Origin: an uncultured delta proteobacterium
GTDB taxonomy: Bacteria > Myxococcota_A > Polyangia > Fen-1088
Direction: 5' to 3'
DNA length: 64,000 nt
Assembly: GCA_963755125.1 (NCBI GenBank)
Contig: CAVWIP010000017.1
Span: forward strand, 96,001-160,000
Shown one piece after another: positions 8,563 to 16,931 of the stretch; position 1 is the stretch's first letter, and the number at the start of each line of letters is the position of its first letter. A program made the translations under genes and the position numbers. The notes beneath the pieces are model-generated. The model had not been told where the DNA came from. It saw nothing but the letters and a program-made list of their open reading frames with translations, and did no database searches.

Positions 8563-11009
8563 ACCACGTCCTCCCCGGGGTCGGCAACAGGAGGCAACAC
8601 ATTCCCGCCAGTCTGCCGGTTCACGTCCCCCGCGTGCGCGAGATCGGGATCATAGGGGAAATCGGGGGGATATCTGTTGCTCGTGTTGCCGGTCATGGAG
8701 ATCCCTCTCCAGCCCCGGCATTTCTTGCCGTGCGTGTTGTGGGTCCAGCATTCGTCGACGCCGTGGCCGCGCAGTGCGTCCGCGAAATCTCGATCAGACA
8801 TGGGCCACCGCTCGCCCTGGACATGCGACCATCCGGTGTACGCCTGATAGATCGATTTTCGCGTGACGACGGTTCCAGGCTCCATCCGGCAGCACTCCTG
8901 CAGGAACGGACCCAAGCGGTCGGACTCCTCGCGGTAGGTAGCGGTGGCGTCCCTAACCTTGGCGCTGACGGACAGGCCGACGTGCTGCCAGGCGAGACAG
9001 CCCAGCACGGCCCAGGCGAGGATGCCGGGCAGCTCCGCGCGCAACTTGTCGACCAACTTGTGATCTTGCTGTTCTTCCGGGATGGGCCTCTCAAACGGCA
9101 CGAGATGGAGCCGCCTCCAGATTCCCTCATCTATCCCCTGCACTATCGGCTTGTGGTTTCCCGAAACCCACAGCTTATGCGTTGGGTCGAATTCCCAAAA
9201 GTCCTCCCTCATGCGCCTGGCCGAGATCCGATCCCCACCAGTGATGTGTTTGATCACTTCCTCCGCCCAGCGCTTTCCCGCAGGTGTCTCCTGGCAGACA
9301 GCCACTCGGCGACCAAATAGGGTCGTCAGTTCGGTCGGGTGCGCCTCGAACTCCTTCGCCAGCAACATCGAAGTCGGTGCCTGAGTCGCGTACTCACCCA
9401 GCAGGGCCAGGATCACCAGCAAGAACGCTGACTTTCCGTTTGCCCCTGACCCATGAAGAAAGAACAGGCAATGCTCCGACACGTCGCCTGTGAGGCTGTA
9501 GCCAATCGCCCGCTGGATGAAAGCGATAGTCTCCTCATCGGGCAGCACCTCAGTTAGAAACGTCTCCCACCGGGGGCAACGCGCCTCCGGGTCGTAGGCA
9601 ACGGGCAAAATGTGGGTGATGTAGTCGCTTCTGTCGTGAAGTTTCAGCCTGCCAGTTCGCAGGTCGAGGGTGCCATTCAGGACGTTGAGCAACATCCTGT
9701 CTCGATCGAGATCCTCGCGCTCTAGCCGGATCAGTGGTTCTGCCTTGACCAGCGCAACCATCGCCCTTCGTTTTGGTTCTTGCTCGGAGCGCAGCGCATG
9801 CTTTGCCAGGTCATCGCGTCGCTCCTCGCTATCGCAGGTGCTCGCTTCGACCAGAAAGGACCGCGCCACCGCTTTGGACCTTTCAAGGACTCGGACTGAA
9901 CCAGCGTCTTCCGCCCAGAACTTGCCATTCCAGACATGAAACTTGCCCCACTCGGGCACAAACCGGACATCGTCCCCAAACATCTCTACAAGTCGTTCGG
10001 CGTTCCCGCTGTCGGTTAGGGGCACTTTTCTCCAGGGCGGATTTCCCTCCGGCGTTGCCGCCCTCTCTATGCATGCCTTGACGGCGTCGACTCCGCGAGA
10101 CGCATGTAAATCATTGAAGTCCGTGTCATCCTCACAACGGCCGTCACCAAAATCGGGAAGAGCTAGCATTCCCCGCACGACCTGCGCCGCGTGGGTAGCT
10201 GCCGCCAGGCCGGGATTGCCATCCGTCCGATGGTCATCGTCAGAGCAGATGATGATCTTCGCCTTGGGGTGTCTTGTGCGATGTGCTTCGGCGACGGACA
10301 GCAGGTTGCCCCCGTCAAACGCCACGATGACATAGTGCCCGGTTGCTTCGTGGATGCTTGCGCCGGTCGCGTAGCCCTCGCAGATGCAGATCACCTCGTC
10401 GGTCAACTTGCCTATAGGGAACCAGCATCCCGCCTTCTTCCCGCCGGCCAGGAATCGCTTCTCGCCGTTGATGTCAATGAATTGGAGCGTGCTGATCTCA
10501 CCGTCACCACTGTACGCGGGGACGATTAGCTTGCTGTCGTAGTTCTGCCGCAGGCCATGGGATTTGACGCCCTTTCGGGTCAGGTAGGCGTGGAAGACCA
10601 CAGACGGTGCGCCGGAAAAGATGGAGGTCGCGAGCTTGCTCTTCTCGGCGTGAATTTGCTCCTGCTCGGCCGCATGCATCTTCTTCATCGCGTCGGCGCG
10701 GGCGAGGTACTTGGTGTGCTCTTCGGATGACAATTCCTTCAGATTCCGGCTGCACCAATACTCCCAGCCCTTTCCGTCTCGATGATTCTGGAATCCGCCC
10801 GCTGGGAGTCCGTCGAGATGCAGTACATAGGAACCGTCCTGCTTGTCTGGTTTGCCCTCTGTGCCGCATCGGTGGATCTGGCCGTCCGCTATCAGGCTGG
10901 CAGACGGTATCAGGTTGCGCCGGATCATAGCCCTGCGGAAGGCGTCCTTTACGGAGGCGACGGTCGCGTGGGTGCCGCCGGTATTGGAGGTATCGAACCC
11001 GTCGGTCAT
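8559..11009 (-). CDS. P4-family primase-helicase (TOPRIM + D5_N + SF3 helicase)
   Basis: ICEGYATG, CSDDD and DFNDL (TOPRIM); TDSGNAERL (D5_N); GSGANGKS Walker A; ITGGDRISAR; GIWRRL. Confidence 0.92.
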   Translation of the reverse strand: MTDGFDTSNTGGTHATVASVKDAFRRAMIRRNLIPSASLIADGQIHRCGTEGKPDKQDGSYVLHLDGLPAGGFQNHRDGKGWEYWCSRNLKELSSEEHTKYLARADAMKKMHAAEQEQIHAEKSKLATSIFSGAPSVVFHAYLTRKGVKSHGLRQNYDSKLIVPAYSGDGEISTLQFIDINGEKRFLAGGKKAGCWFPIGKLTDEVICICEGYATGASIHEATGHYVIVAFDGGNLLSVAEAHRTRHPKAKIIICSDDDHRTDGNPGLAAATHAAQVVRGMLALPDFGDGRCEDDTDFNDLHASRGVDAVKACIERAATPEGNPPWRKVPLTDSGNAERLVEMFGDDVRFVPEWGKFHVWNGKFWAEDAGSVRVLERSKAVARSFLVEASTCDSEERRDDLAKHALRSEQEPKRRAMVALVKAEPLIRLEREDLDRDRMLLNVLNGTLDLRTGRLKLHDRSDYITHILPVAYDPEARCPRWETFLTEVLPDEETIAFIQRAIGYSLTGDVSEHCLFFLHGSGANGKSAFLLVILALLGEYATQAPTSMLLAKEFEAHPTELTTLFGRRVAVCQETPAGKRWAEEVIKHITGGDRISARRMREDFWEFDPTHKLWVSGNHKPIVQGIDEGIWRRLHLVPFERPIPEEQQDHKLVDKLRAELPGILAWAVLGCLAWQHVGLSVSAKVRDATATYREESDRLGPFLQECCRMEPGTVVTRKSIYQAYTGWSHVQGERWPMSDRDFADALRGHGVDECWTHNTHGKKCRGWRGISMTGNTSNRYPPDFPYDPDLAHAGDVNRQTGGNVLPPVADPGEDVV

Positions 11010-11163
11010 GATCGAACCCGCCGGACTTGGTGAGGATGACGATGTTGATGGTGATGGTAATCTTGGTGCATTTGCTGACCCATGAAGCTTGGTTAGCCCT
11101 CTGCCTTGAGCAGGGGGGCGGCGGTACCAGTTGCAAGCTGGTGCCGCTGGCTTGTCTCGCGCA

Positions 11164-11375
11164 CTACGCAGCGGTCTTAGACGGTCGCGCTGCGGCCACG
11201 CGCTCGGCGATCCGTTTTCGACGTCGCTGGCGCGCCAGCCGACCGCCCGTATGCCTAGGCGAACCTGGGCCGGGAACGTGCCCTCACGGATCATTTCGTA
11301 AATTGTCGACCTGGCTAGCCCAGTTCGGGCCTTCACGTTTGGAAGGCGCCAGATACATTGTGTTGTGGTGTCCAT
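11164..11375 (-). pseudogene. alpA: AlpA-family regulator / excisionase (RDF), with a 1-nt frameshift near 11213
   Basis: RLPNVKARTGLARSTIYEMIREGTFPAQVRLGIRAVGWRASDVEN is a canonical AlpA. The expected end (W)IAERVAAARPSKTAA* is in a shifted frame. Confidence 0.85.
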
Positions 11376-11460
11376 CTTGTCCCTTGTGGGCCGGAAGTTC
11401 GTGGCCGCAAAAGGACTCTGGCAGATGCACACGGAGCAAGAGAAACAAACGACGAGGCGC

Positions 11461-11485
11461 CCCCATATGGGGCCTCATATGGGGG
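11461..11485. promoter_or_regulatory. Tandem palindromic operator-like site upstream of alpA
   Basis: CCCCATATGGGG followed immediately by CCTCATATGGGGG. Confidence 0.45.
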
Positions 11486-11501
11486 ATAATTGCGGCTCCG
11501 G

Positions 11502-12340
11502 TCACTGTGGCCCTCTTGGGGCCTCCAAGATGGTCCGCAATTCGGCTTCCGAAAAGTCCTTGGGCAGTCTCGCCGCCTCTTTGAGATAGTTGTCGACGGT
11601 GCTTCGGCCAACGTTATGTCCGCTCATCTTGACAACGCGCACGACCTGTCCCGCAAGCTCCAGGGGTTCCTCTCAGTGGACCAGTGTGCTCTCGTGATGC
11701 CCAGAATGATCTTCAGCATGCAATTCCGGGTGTCGGACTTGAGCGGCTTTTCTTCGATAGGAGGCTTCGGGGCTCCTGCCGATGCCGGACCCTCGGGCTT
11801 CTCTTGGGGAGCAGGCTTCGTGGCACGGGTGAACGCCGATTCGTCTGACTTATCACCCGGCAATGCGAGTCCCTGCGGCTTGGTGGCGGTGGCTTGCTGT
11901 GCGAGTTGCCGAAACTGATCCGGCAGTTCTTTCCATATAGATGATCTTGCAGCCAGCCCCACAGCCCATTTGGCGACCTCAACCAGATAGACAGAAATCA
12001 CACCAGTTGGGTAGGGCTTCGCACGGAAGCCGCCCTTTCTAACCCGAACATTTCTTTCGGCGATCCTGAGCCGTTCATCGAATTGATCGAGATTGGGCCA
12101 GCCAAAGCCGCCGGGATTGCTAACTACACCGGGGTCGATTCCACAAGACAGGGCAATCACCTCGTGCAGGTAGACTCTCGGAAGACATTTCCAGTAGTCC
12201 CAGTTTATCTGGGGTAGTGATGGGGAGGCGAAACGAGTTGAGCGTCTTGTTGCGAGTCGTCTGGCCTTGCCCCTGTTGGCTGATGTCTTTGCTGTCTGTT
12301 GCTTTTGGCCATGGCTTTGCCTTTCGTTGGCGCTACCCAA
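11502..12340 (-). CDS. Integrase-associated hypothetical protein, probably frameshifted near 11660
   Basis: ORF 11624-12340 overlaps the integrase end (NWDYWKCLPRVYLHEVIALSCGIDP). An alternative frame continues ELAGQVVRVVKMSGHNVGRSTVDNYLKEAARL...* to 11502, which looks like an HTH tail. Confidence 0.55.
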
Positions 12341-13556
12341 TCGGGGTGACGGCGTTTGCCCGTAGCGGGATCACAGTGACGTCGGCCTTCAACTTGTCGA
12401 GGTAGTCGGCCCAGACTTGCATCATCTTGCGACGTTGATCCAGGAAGGCCGTGCGGTTGTAGGCGCGGCCGTTGGTGTCGGGCACGGCGTGGGCTAGCTG
12501 CTGTTCGATGATGTGACCGTGGAAGCCCAGCTCTTCCTCAAGAAGCGTTCGCGCGGTGGCGCGGAAGCCGTGCGCGCTCGTCACCTCCGTGGTGATGCCC
12601 ATGCTCCGCATGGCCGCGAGGATGGCGTTGTCGGACATGGGCCGACCGCCGCCACGCTCACATGGAAAGACATAGCGACCATTGCCCGTCAGCGGTTGCA
12701 GGTCGCGGAGAATGGCCAGCGCTTGCGCCGCCAGGGGAACGATGTGCGGTGTCTTGGTTTTGCCGGTGGTGTAGCGCCAGTCCGAGGTGTCCCAGTGGAT
12801 GCAGCTCCATTCGGCCGTGCGCAATTCTTTCGGACGGACGAACACGAGCGGCGCGAACCGGAGGGCGGCCATCACGACTGCGGTGCCCTGGTAGGCGTCC
12901 AGCTTGCGCAACAACTCACCGAGCAGCTTGGGTTCGGTCACGGCAGCGAAGTGCCCCCCGGTCGCTGGGGGCAAGGCGCCTCTGAGGTCGGCAGACGGAT
13001 CGCGCTGGGCGCGGCCAGTGGCGATGGCGTACCGGAACACCTGACCGCAGTTGCTGCGTGCCCGGTGGGCCGTGTCCAGTGCCTCCCTGTTCTCGATCCG
13101 TCGGAGCATGGCAAGCAGATCGGGCGCGGGCACGTCGGCGACAGGTCTTCCGCCAATCCAGGGGAAGATGTCCCTCTCGAACAGCCGCAGGACGCGCGTG
13201 GCGTGGTCCGGTGCCCAGCCGGGCGAGTGCTTGGCGAACCACTCGCGGGTCACTACCTCGAAGCTGTTCGCGGCGCGGTCCATCTGCGCGGCCTTTGCGG
13301 CCTTGCGGTTCTCGGCGGGGTCCACGTCCGAGGAAACCAGCTTGCGAGCATCATCCCGGCGCTGGCGTGCATCCTTGAGGCTCACCTCGGGGTAGGTGCC
13401 CAGCGAAAGACGCTTCTCCTTGCCGGCTAAGCGGTATTTGAAGCGCCACCATTTGCCGCCCTTGGGGGAAACTTCGAGGTACAACCCCTTCTCATCGAAC
13501 CTCCTGTAGGTGCGCGCCTGGGCCTTGAAACCTCGGATGCCCGTGTCGGTAAGCAT
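12333..13556 (-). CDS. P4-like tyrosine integrase with N-terminal arm-binding domain
   Basis: DEKGLYLEVSPKGGKWWRFKYRLAGKEKRLSLGTYP; catalytic VRPKELR, K, HGFR, LAH and AYNR all intact. Confidence 0.95.
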   Translation of the reverse strand: MLTDTGIRGFKAQARTYRRFDEKGLYLEVSPKGGKWWRFKYRLAGKEKRLSLGTYPEVSLKDARQRRDDARKLVSSDVDPAENRKAAKAAQMDRAANSFEVVTREWFAKHSPGWAPDHATRVLRLFERDIFPWIGGRPVADVPAPDLLAMLRRIENREALDTAHRARSNCGQVFRYAIATGRAQRDPSADLRGALPPATGGHFAAVTEPKLLGELLRKLDAYQGTAVVMAALRFAPLVFVRPKELRTAEWSCIHWDTSDWRYTTGKTKTPHIVPLAAQALAILRDLQPLTGNGRYVFPCERGGGRPMSDNAILAAMRSMGITTEVTSAHGFRATARTLLEEELGFHGHIIEQQLAHAVPDTNGRAYNRTAFLDQRRKMMQVWADYLDKLKADVTVIPLRANAVTPIG

Positions 13557-13559
13557 TTT

Positions 13560-13713
13560 GGGGCAACTCCTTTTGGAAATCCTCAGTTGCCCCTTAGGTT
13601 GCCCCCAGCTAGTCCTGGCTGTCAAGGGACGGCCCTGGACTTTCATGGATAGGAAATCAGCCTAGTTTCCTGACATCACAAGGTCTTCTGAACTTCCTTG
13701 GACATCGACGGAC
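13560..13713. promoter_or_regulatory. att-arm region: integrase arm-type repeats and 10-bp-phased GGAC arrays
   Basis: GGGGCAAC (13560-13567) is inverted relative to GTTGCCCC x2 (13586-13593, 13598-13605). GGAC/GGAT at 13627, 13637, 13647; GAAC/GGAC at 13690, 13700, 13710. Confidence 0.6.
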
Positions 13714-13723
13714 TCACGTTTCG

Positions 13724-13795
13724 TAGGCGGGACAGGGATTGAACCTGCGACCCGGCGCGTGTAAGGCGCCTGCTCTGCCACTGAGCTACCCGCCT
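13724..13795 (-). tRNA. tRNA-Val(TAC); CCA not encoded
   Basis: AGGCGGG-TAGCTCAGTGGCAGAGC-A-GGCGC-CT-TAC-AC-GCGCC-GGGTC-GCAGG-TTCAATC-CCTGT-CCCGCCT-A folds as a cloverleaf. Confidence 0.95.
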
Positions 13796-13824
13796 GAAGT
13801 GGGGACAGTCTATACGGAGCCCGG

Positions 13825-14607
13825 TCAGAAGGTAAGTCGAAGCCCGCCGCCGCCAGGAAAAATCATCAGGGTCAGCGAGTTGCTGGTTTCCTCGATGGGC
13901 TGGTAGTAGTGGACGATGCCATCGATGACTCCGTAGAGGTAGGTGGCGGCGAGGACACCTGCACTGGTCCATTCCACGACCCGCAACACGCGTTCATCGC
14001 TGTCGTGCGATCCATTCTTCCCGTAGGTGTTGTCGGGATTGTGCCAGGAGTAGCTGATCAGCCGGCTGCAGACCACGGTGGCGAGCGTCGCGAACTCGAC
14101 GCCCCCGACGATCCAGCCCTTGACCGTGTCGCCGTTCTGAAACTGGCCCACCGGCGGCAAGAGATTCCAGATGAAGGTGCGGCTCGCCCGTTCCCGAGTC
14201 ATGTGCTGGTGCCGGATGTTCTCGAAGAAAGACACGACCTCGGGCCGCGTCGTGGTGGGGTCCAGGCGCGCGGCGGGATCCACGCGCAGCAACTCTGCAA
14301 AGGCATTCTCGGCGCCTAGCGCCCGATTGGTCAGGAACAGTCCGATGCCAAGAAAGCGCAAAGCTCGCGCGCGTTGCTCGACGCTGCAGGGAAGTGTACC
14401 TTCCGCCACGGGCCGGGCGGCGTCCACGACTTGGACCATGTCGCCGTACGCGTAGGCGGCCTCGGCACGCACCAGGGCGGCAAAGGCGTTGTTGGGAGCC
14501 CCGTCGTGCTCGCGGGCAGGGGTGGCCGACTCGTCGGCGCGGGCCACCGACGCGGCCCAGACAACCAGCAACACCGCTATGGGTGTGAAGAGACGCTCTG
14601 CCATCAT
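13825..14607 (-). CDS. Secreted TPR-like protein with C-terminal membrane segments
   Basis: Signal peptide; ARALRFLGIG...AENAF..LL...P TPR-like helices; ends GGGGLRLTF. Confidence 0.7.
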   Translation of the reverse strand: MMAERLFTPIAVLLVVWAASVARADESATPAREHDGAPNNAFAALVRAEAAYAYGDMVQVVDAARPVAEGTLPCSVEQRARALRFLGIGLFLTNRALGAENAFAELLRVDPAARLDPTTTRPEVVSFFENIRHQHMTRERASRTFIWNLLPPVGQFQNGDTVKGWIVGGVEFATLATVVCSRLISYSWHNPDNTYGKNGSHDSDERVLRVVEWTSAGVLAATYLYGVIDGIVHYYQPIEETSNSLTLMIFPGGGGLRLTF

Positions 14608-16931
14608 GGGAGGGCCACGTCTCCGCCCGCAGGATCGAGGAGATAGAAGCTGTAGCTTCCGTCGGGCAGGGTGGCGAATTCCACCAGGGGTGGGGGCAAG
14701 GTCGCGCTGGGATTGCTCGGATCCACGCAGTCCGCGATACCGGACTCCTCGCAATAGGCCTGTACGATCGCGCCGGCAACCGGAAGCCCGCTGAAACTGA
14801 CAATTCCACTCACACTCAGCCCAGTAGGCAGGGTGCGGTCGGCCAGCGTGGTGTCCTGGTTGGTGGTGGTGACTCCGTAGAGCGGAATGCGGGTGGGCAA
14901 ACTGTTCCCCGCAGCGGGTTCCACTGAAAAGCGATAGGTTCTGCCGGGGTCGGCGAGGAATTGGTAGCTGCCGTCACTCTGCACCGGGGTCGAGATGACA
15001 CTGACGAGCACATCGGTGCCGGTGTCGGTCGCTATCAACTGGGCTCCACTTGCCACATTGGCCGGGAGAAGACGGCCGCTCAGCTTGACCTTTTGTCCCA
15101 GGATCAAGGTGCGTGTGCTGCTGGCCGTCGCACTGGAAAGATCGATGGTTGCGCTGGTGATAGCGGCGCCAGCTAGGTCGCTCGGCGGTATGAGGGTCAG
15201 GCGGTAGGCGACATTAGGAATGTTGGCGAACGCGATCGAGCCGTTCGCGTCGGTCGTGCCGTCCAACCGCACGCTGCCCGAGCCCGTTCCGGCCGACGCA
15301 CCCGCCACGGTGAGTATGCCCGGGTTCGGCAGAGCCCCGTCCTGCGACTGCAAACGCACGGTAATGCTTTCCGACAGAGGGCTGTTATCGTTCATTAGAA
15401 TCTGAAGGGTCATGGTTGTGGTGCTGACTGTGTTCCAGGTGAAATTGACCTGATCGAGGGTAGTTCCGTTCGTGGCGGTTCGCAGATCGATGCAATCGGC
15501 GATGGTGACCTGGGGCAACGAAGAGCCAGATGGGGGGACCACAACAGCCGAGAACAGCGAACCTGCGCTGGCGCGCAGCGAATAGGCGCCGGTGGAATCG
15601 GCGCCGCCCACCGTGGAAGGCAAGGGAAGTGTCACGGGAGCGGTGGCATCAGCGTCCAGAAGGAGACGCGCACCTGCGACGGGACCGCCAGGACCGGTCA
15701 GGGTGCCTTGCAGGGTCACACCCGCAGCCACGTCGAAGTCGTCGGGGCGGAATTCTTGCGCCAGCTCCGACGCGACCAGGAACGGGGGAAACACAGTGCC
15801 CGAAGCATCGGCCTGGGGAACGACCAGAACATCGTAAATGAGCTGAGGATTAAGCATGGCAAGGAGGGGTTGGTCGCTGGTGCTCGCGCCATCGATGGTC
15901 CAGGTTGAGCCATGCGGGGAGACGCGAATGTAGGAAGGGACAGCGACGGCAGGGAACACCGTCGCATCGGGCTGCGCAGTCTCCGCGGGATCGATGGACA
16001 CCGCGTACCCTCGCAGCAACTGGACATTGCCCTGGCGGGGTTGACCAGCCTGAAGCATGAAGTTGGCGTCCTCATAGGGCACGGCATCCTGGGAAGGGCA
16101 CCAGCGATCCGACCCGGTGTCGCAGGTCTGGCCAGAATTAGCCGAGGCAGCGGGCGGCGGCAGGATGCGGATGAAGAAGGCCTGCGACCGTTCCTGCGGC
16201 TTGACCGCGGTGGCCGAAGCTTGGCCCTTGCAAACAGGAGTGGCGGATACGCTGATGCTGTAGCCGCCGGGAGCGAGAAGTGGAAACTGGACGATCGCCA
16301 TGGTTTGGTCGGTGGTGGGAACGTTGGTTATCGCCAAAGGCGTGCCGTCGGGCCCCTTGACTGTCCATTGCCAGTTCGGCAGCGTCGGCGTCGACGATCC
16401 CCACGCGATGGTGCCCTTCACGGCCAGGGTGGCCGTGTCACCAGGCACCAGATTGAGAAAGCTGGGCGTGGACCAAGGCACGATGTTCACCGTGCAGGGC
16501 ACGAAGGCGTCGGGGGACATTCTGGATGCGTCGGAGGCAGTCCCCGCATCCGCGTTGCCCGGGCTTCCGCCGAAGCCGGTGGCGCCGCCGGACGCGGTCC
16601 CACTGGAGGTCGGCGTGCTCAGGGCGCCGCCCGTCGCCGTTATGCCGCCGGTGGCCGGCATACCGCCCGCGGCCATCGTGCCGCCAGTGGCAGTTTCGCC
16701 GCCGCCGGGCAACGCGGTGCCGCCTGTGGCTATGGGTGGAGCGCCCGTGCCTGCCTCCGGGCCGCCACTACTGGCGGTAGCGGTGCTCTCTCCCGACGCT
16801 CCGCCATATCCGCTTGTCGAGGCGTCGCGGGCAGTGCCTGCCGGGGCACTCTCAACTGTCGAATTGCTGCACCCACCTAGAGCCAGAACGATCCAGGCGC
16901 GTAGCGGGACCATGGACCGGAGACGACTCAT
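14604..16931 (-). CDS. Large lipoprotein with Ig-like / carboxypeptidase-regulatory-like beta domains
   Basis: Lipobox-like LGGC; TGG-rich linker; repeated 'ADSTGAYSL', 'TDANGSIAF', 'SDGSYQF' beta-sandwich motifs; ATGA-coupled. Confidence 0.7.
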   Translation of the reverse strand: MSRLRSMVPLRAWIVLALGGCSNSTVESAPAGTARDASTSGYGGASGESTATASSGGPEAGTGAPPIATGGTALPGGGETATGGTMAAGGMPATGGITATGGALSTPTSSGTASGGATGFGGSPGNADAGTASDASRMSPDAFVPCTVNIVPWSTPSFLNLVPGDTATLAVKGTIAWGSSTPTLPNWQWTVKGPDGTPLAITNVPTTDQTMAIVQFPLLAPGGYSISVSATPVCKGQASATAVKPQERSQAFFIRILPPPAASANSGQTCDTGSDRWCPSQDAVPYEDANFMLQAGQPRQGNVQLLRGYAVSIDPAETAQPDATVFPAVAVPSYIRVSPHGSTWTIDGASTSDQPLLAMLNPQLIYDVLVVPQADASGTVFPPFLVASELAQEFRPDDFDVAAGVTLQGTLTGPGGPVAGARLLLDADATAPVTLPLPSTVGGADSTGAYSLRASAGSLFSAVVVPPSGSSLPQVTIADCIDLRTATNGTTLDQVNFTWNTVSTTTMTLQILMNDNSPLSESITVRLQSQDGALPNPGILTVAGASAGTGSGSVRLDGTTDANGSIAFANIPNVAYRLTLIPPSDLAGAAITSATIDLSSATASSTRTLILGQKVKLSGRLLPANVASGAQLIATDTGTDVLVSVISTPVQSDGSYQFLADPGRTYRFSVEPAAGNSLPTRIPLYGVTTTNQDTTLADRTLPTGLSVSGIVSFSGLPVAGAIVQAYCEESGIADCVDPSNPSATLPPPLVEFATLPDGSYSFYLLDPAGGDVALP

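Larger units (their letters stand above)
1..13723 (-). mobile_element. Integrative element / satellite-like genomic island at tRNA-Val; far boundary not seen in the window
   Basis: Integrase directly downstream of the tRNA 3' end, followed by alpA, primase, polymerase and restriction/nuclease cargo, all on one strand. Confidence 0.85.

Noticed and set aside
8559..11432. 957-aa AlpA-primase fusion as a genuine evolved protein
   Set aside because: The normal AlpA ending and stop sit one frame away, and the linker is low-complexity intergenic read-through.
13721..13723. CGA in place of CCA as a sign of a damaged tRNA-Val
   Set aside because: Many bacterial tRNA genes lack encoded CCA, and the cloverleaf is intact.
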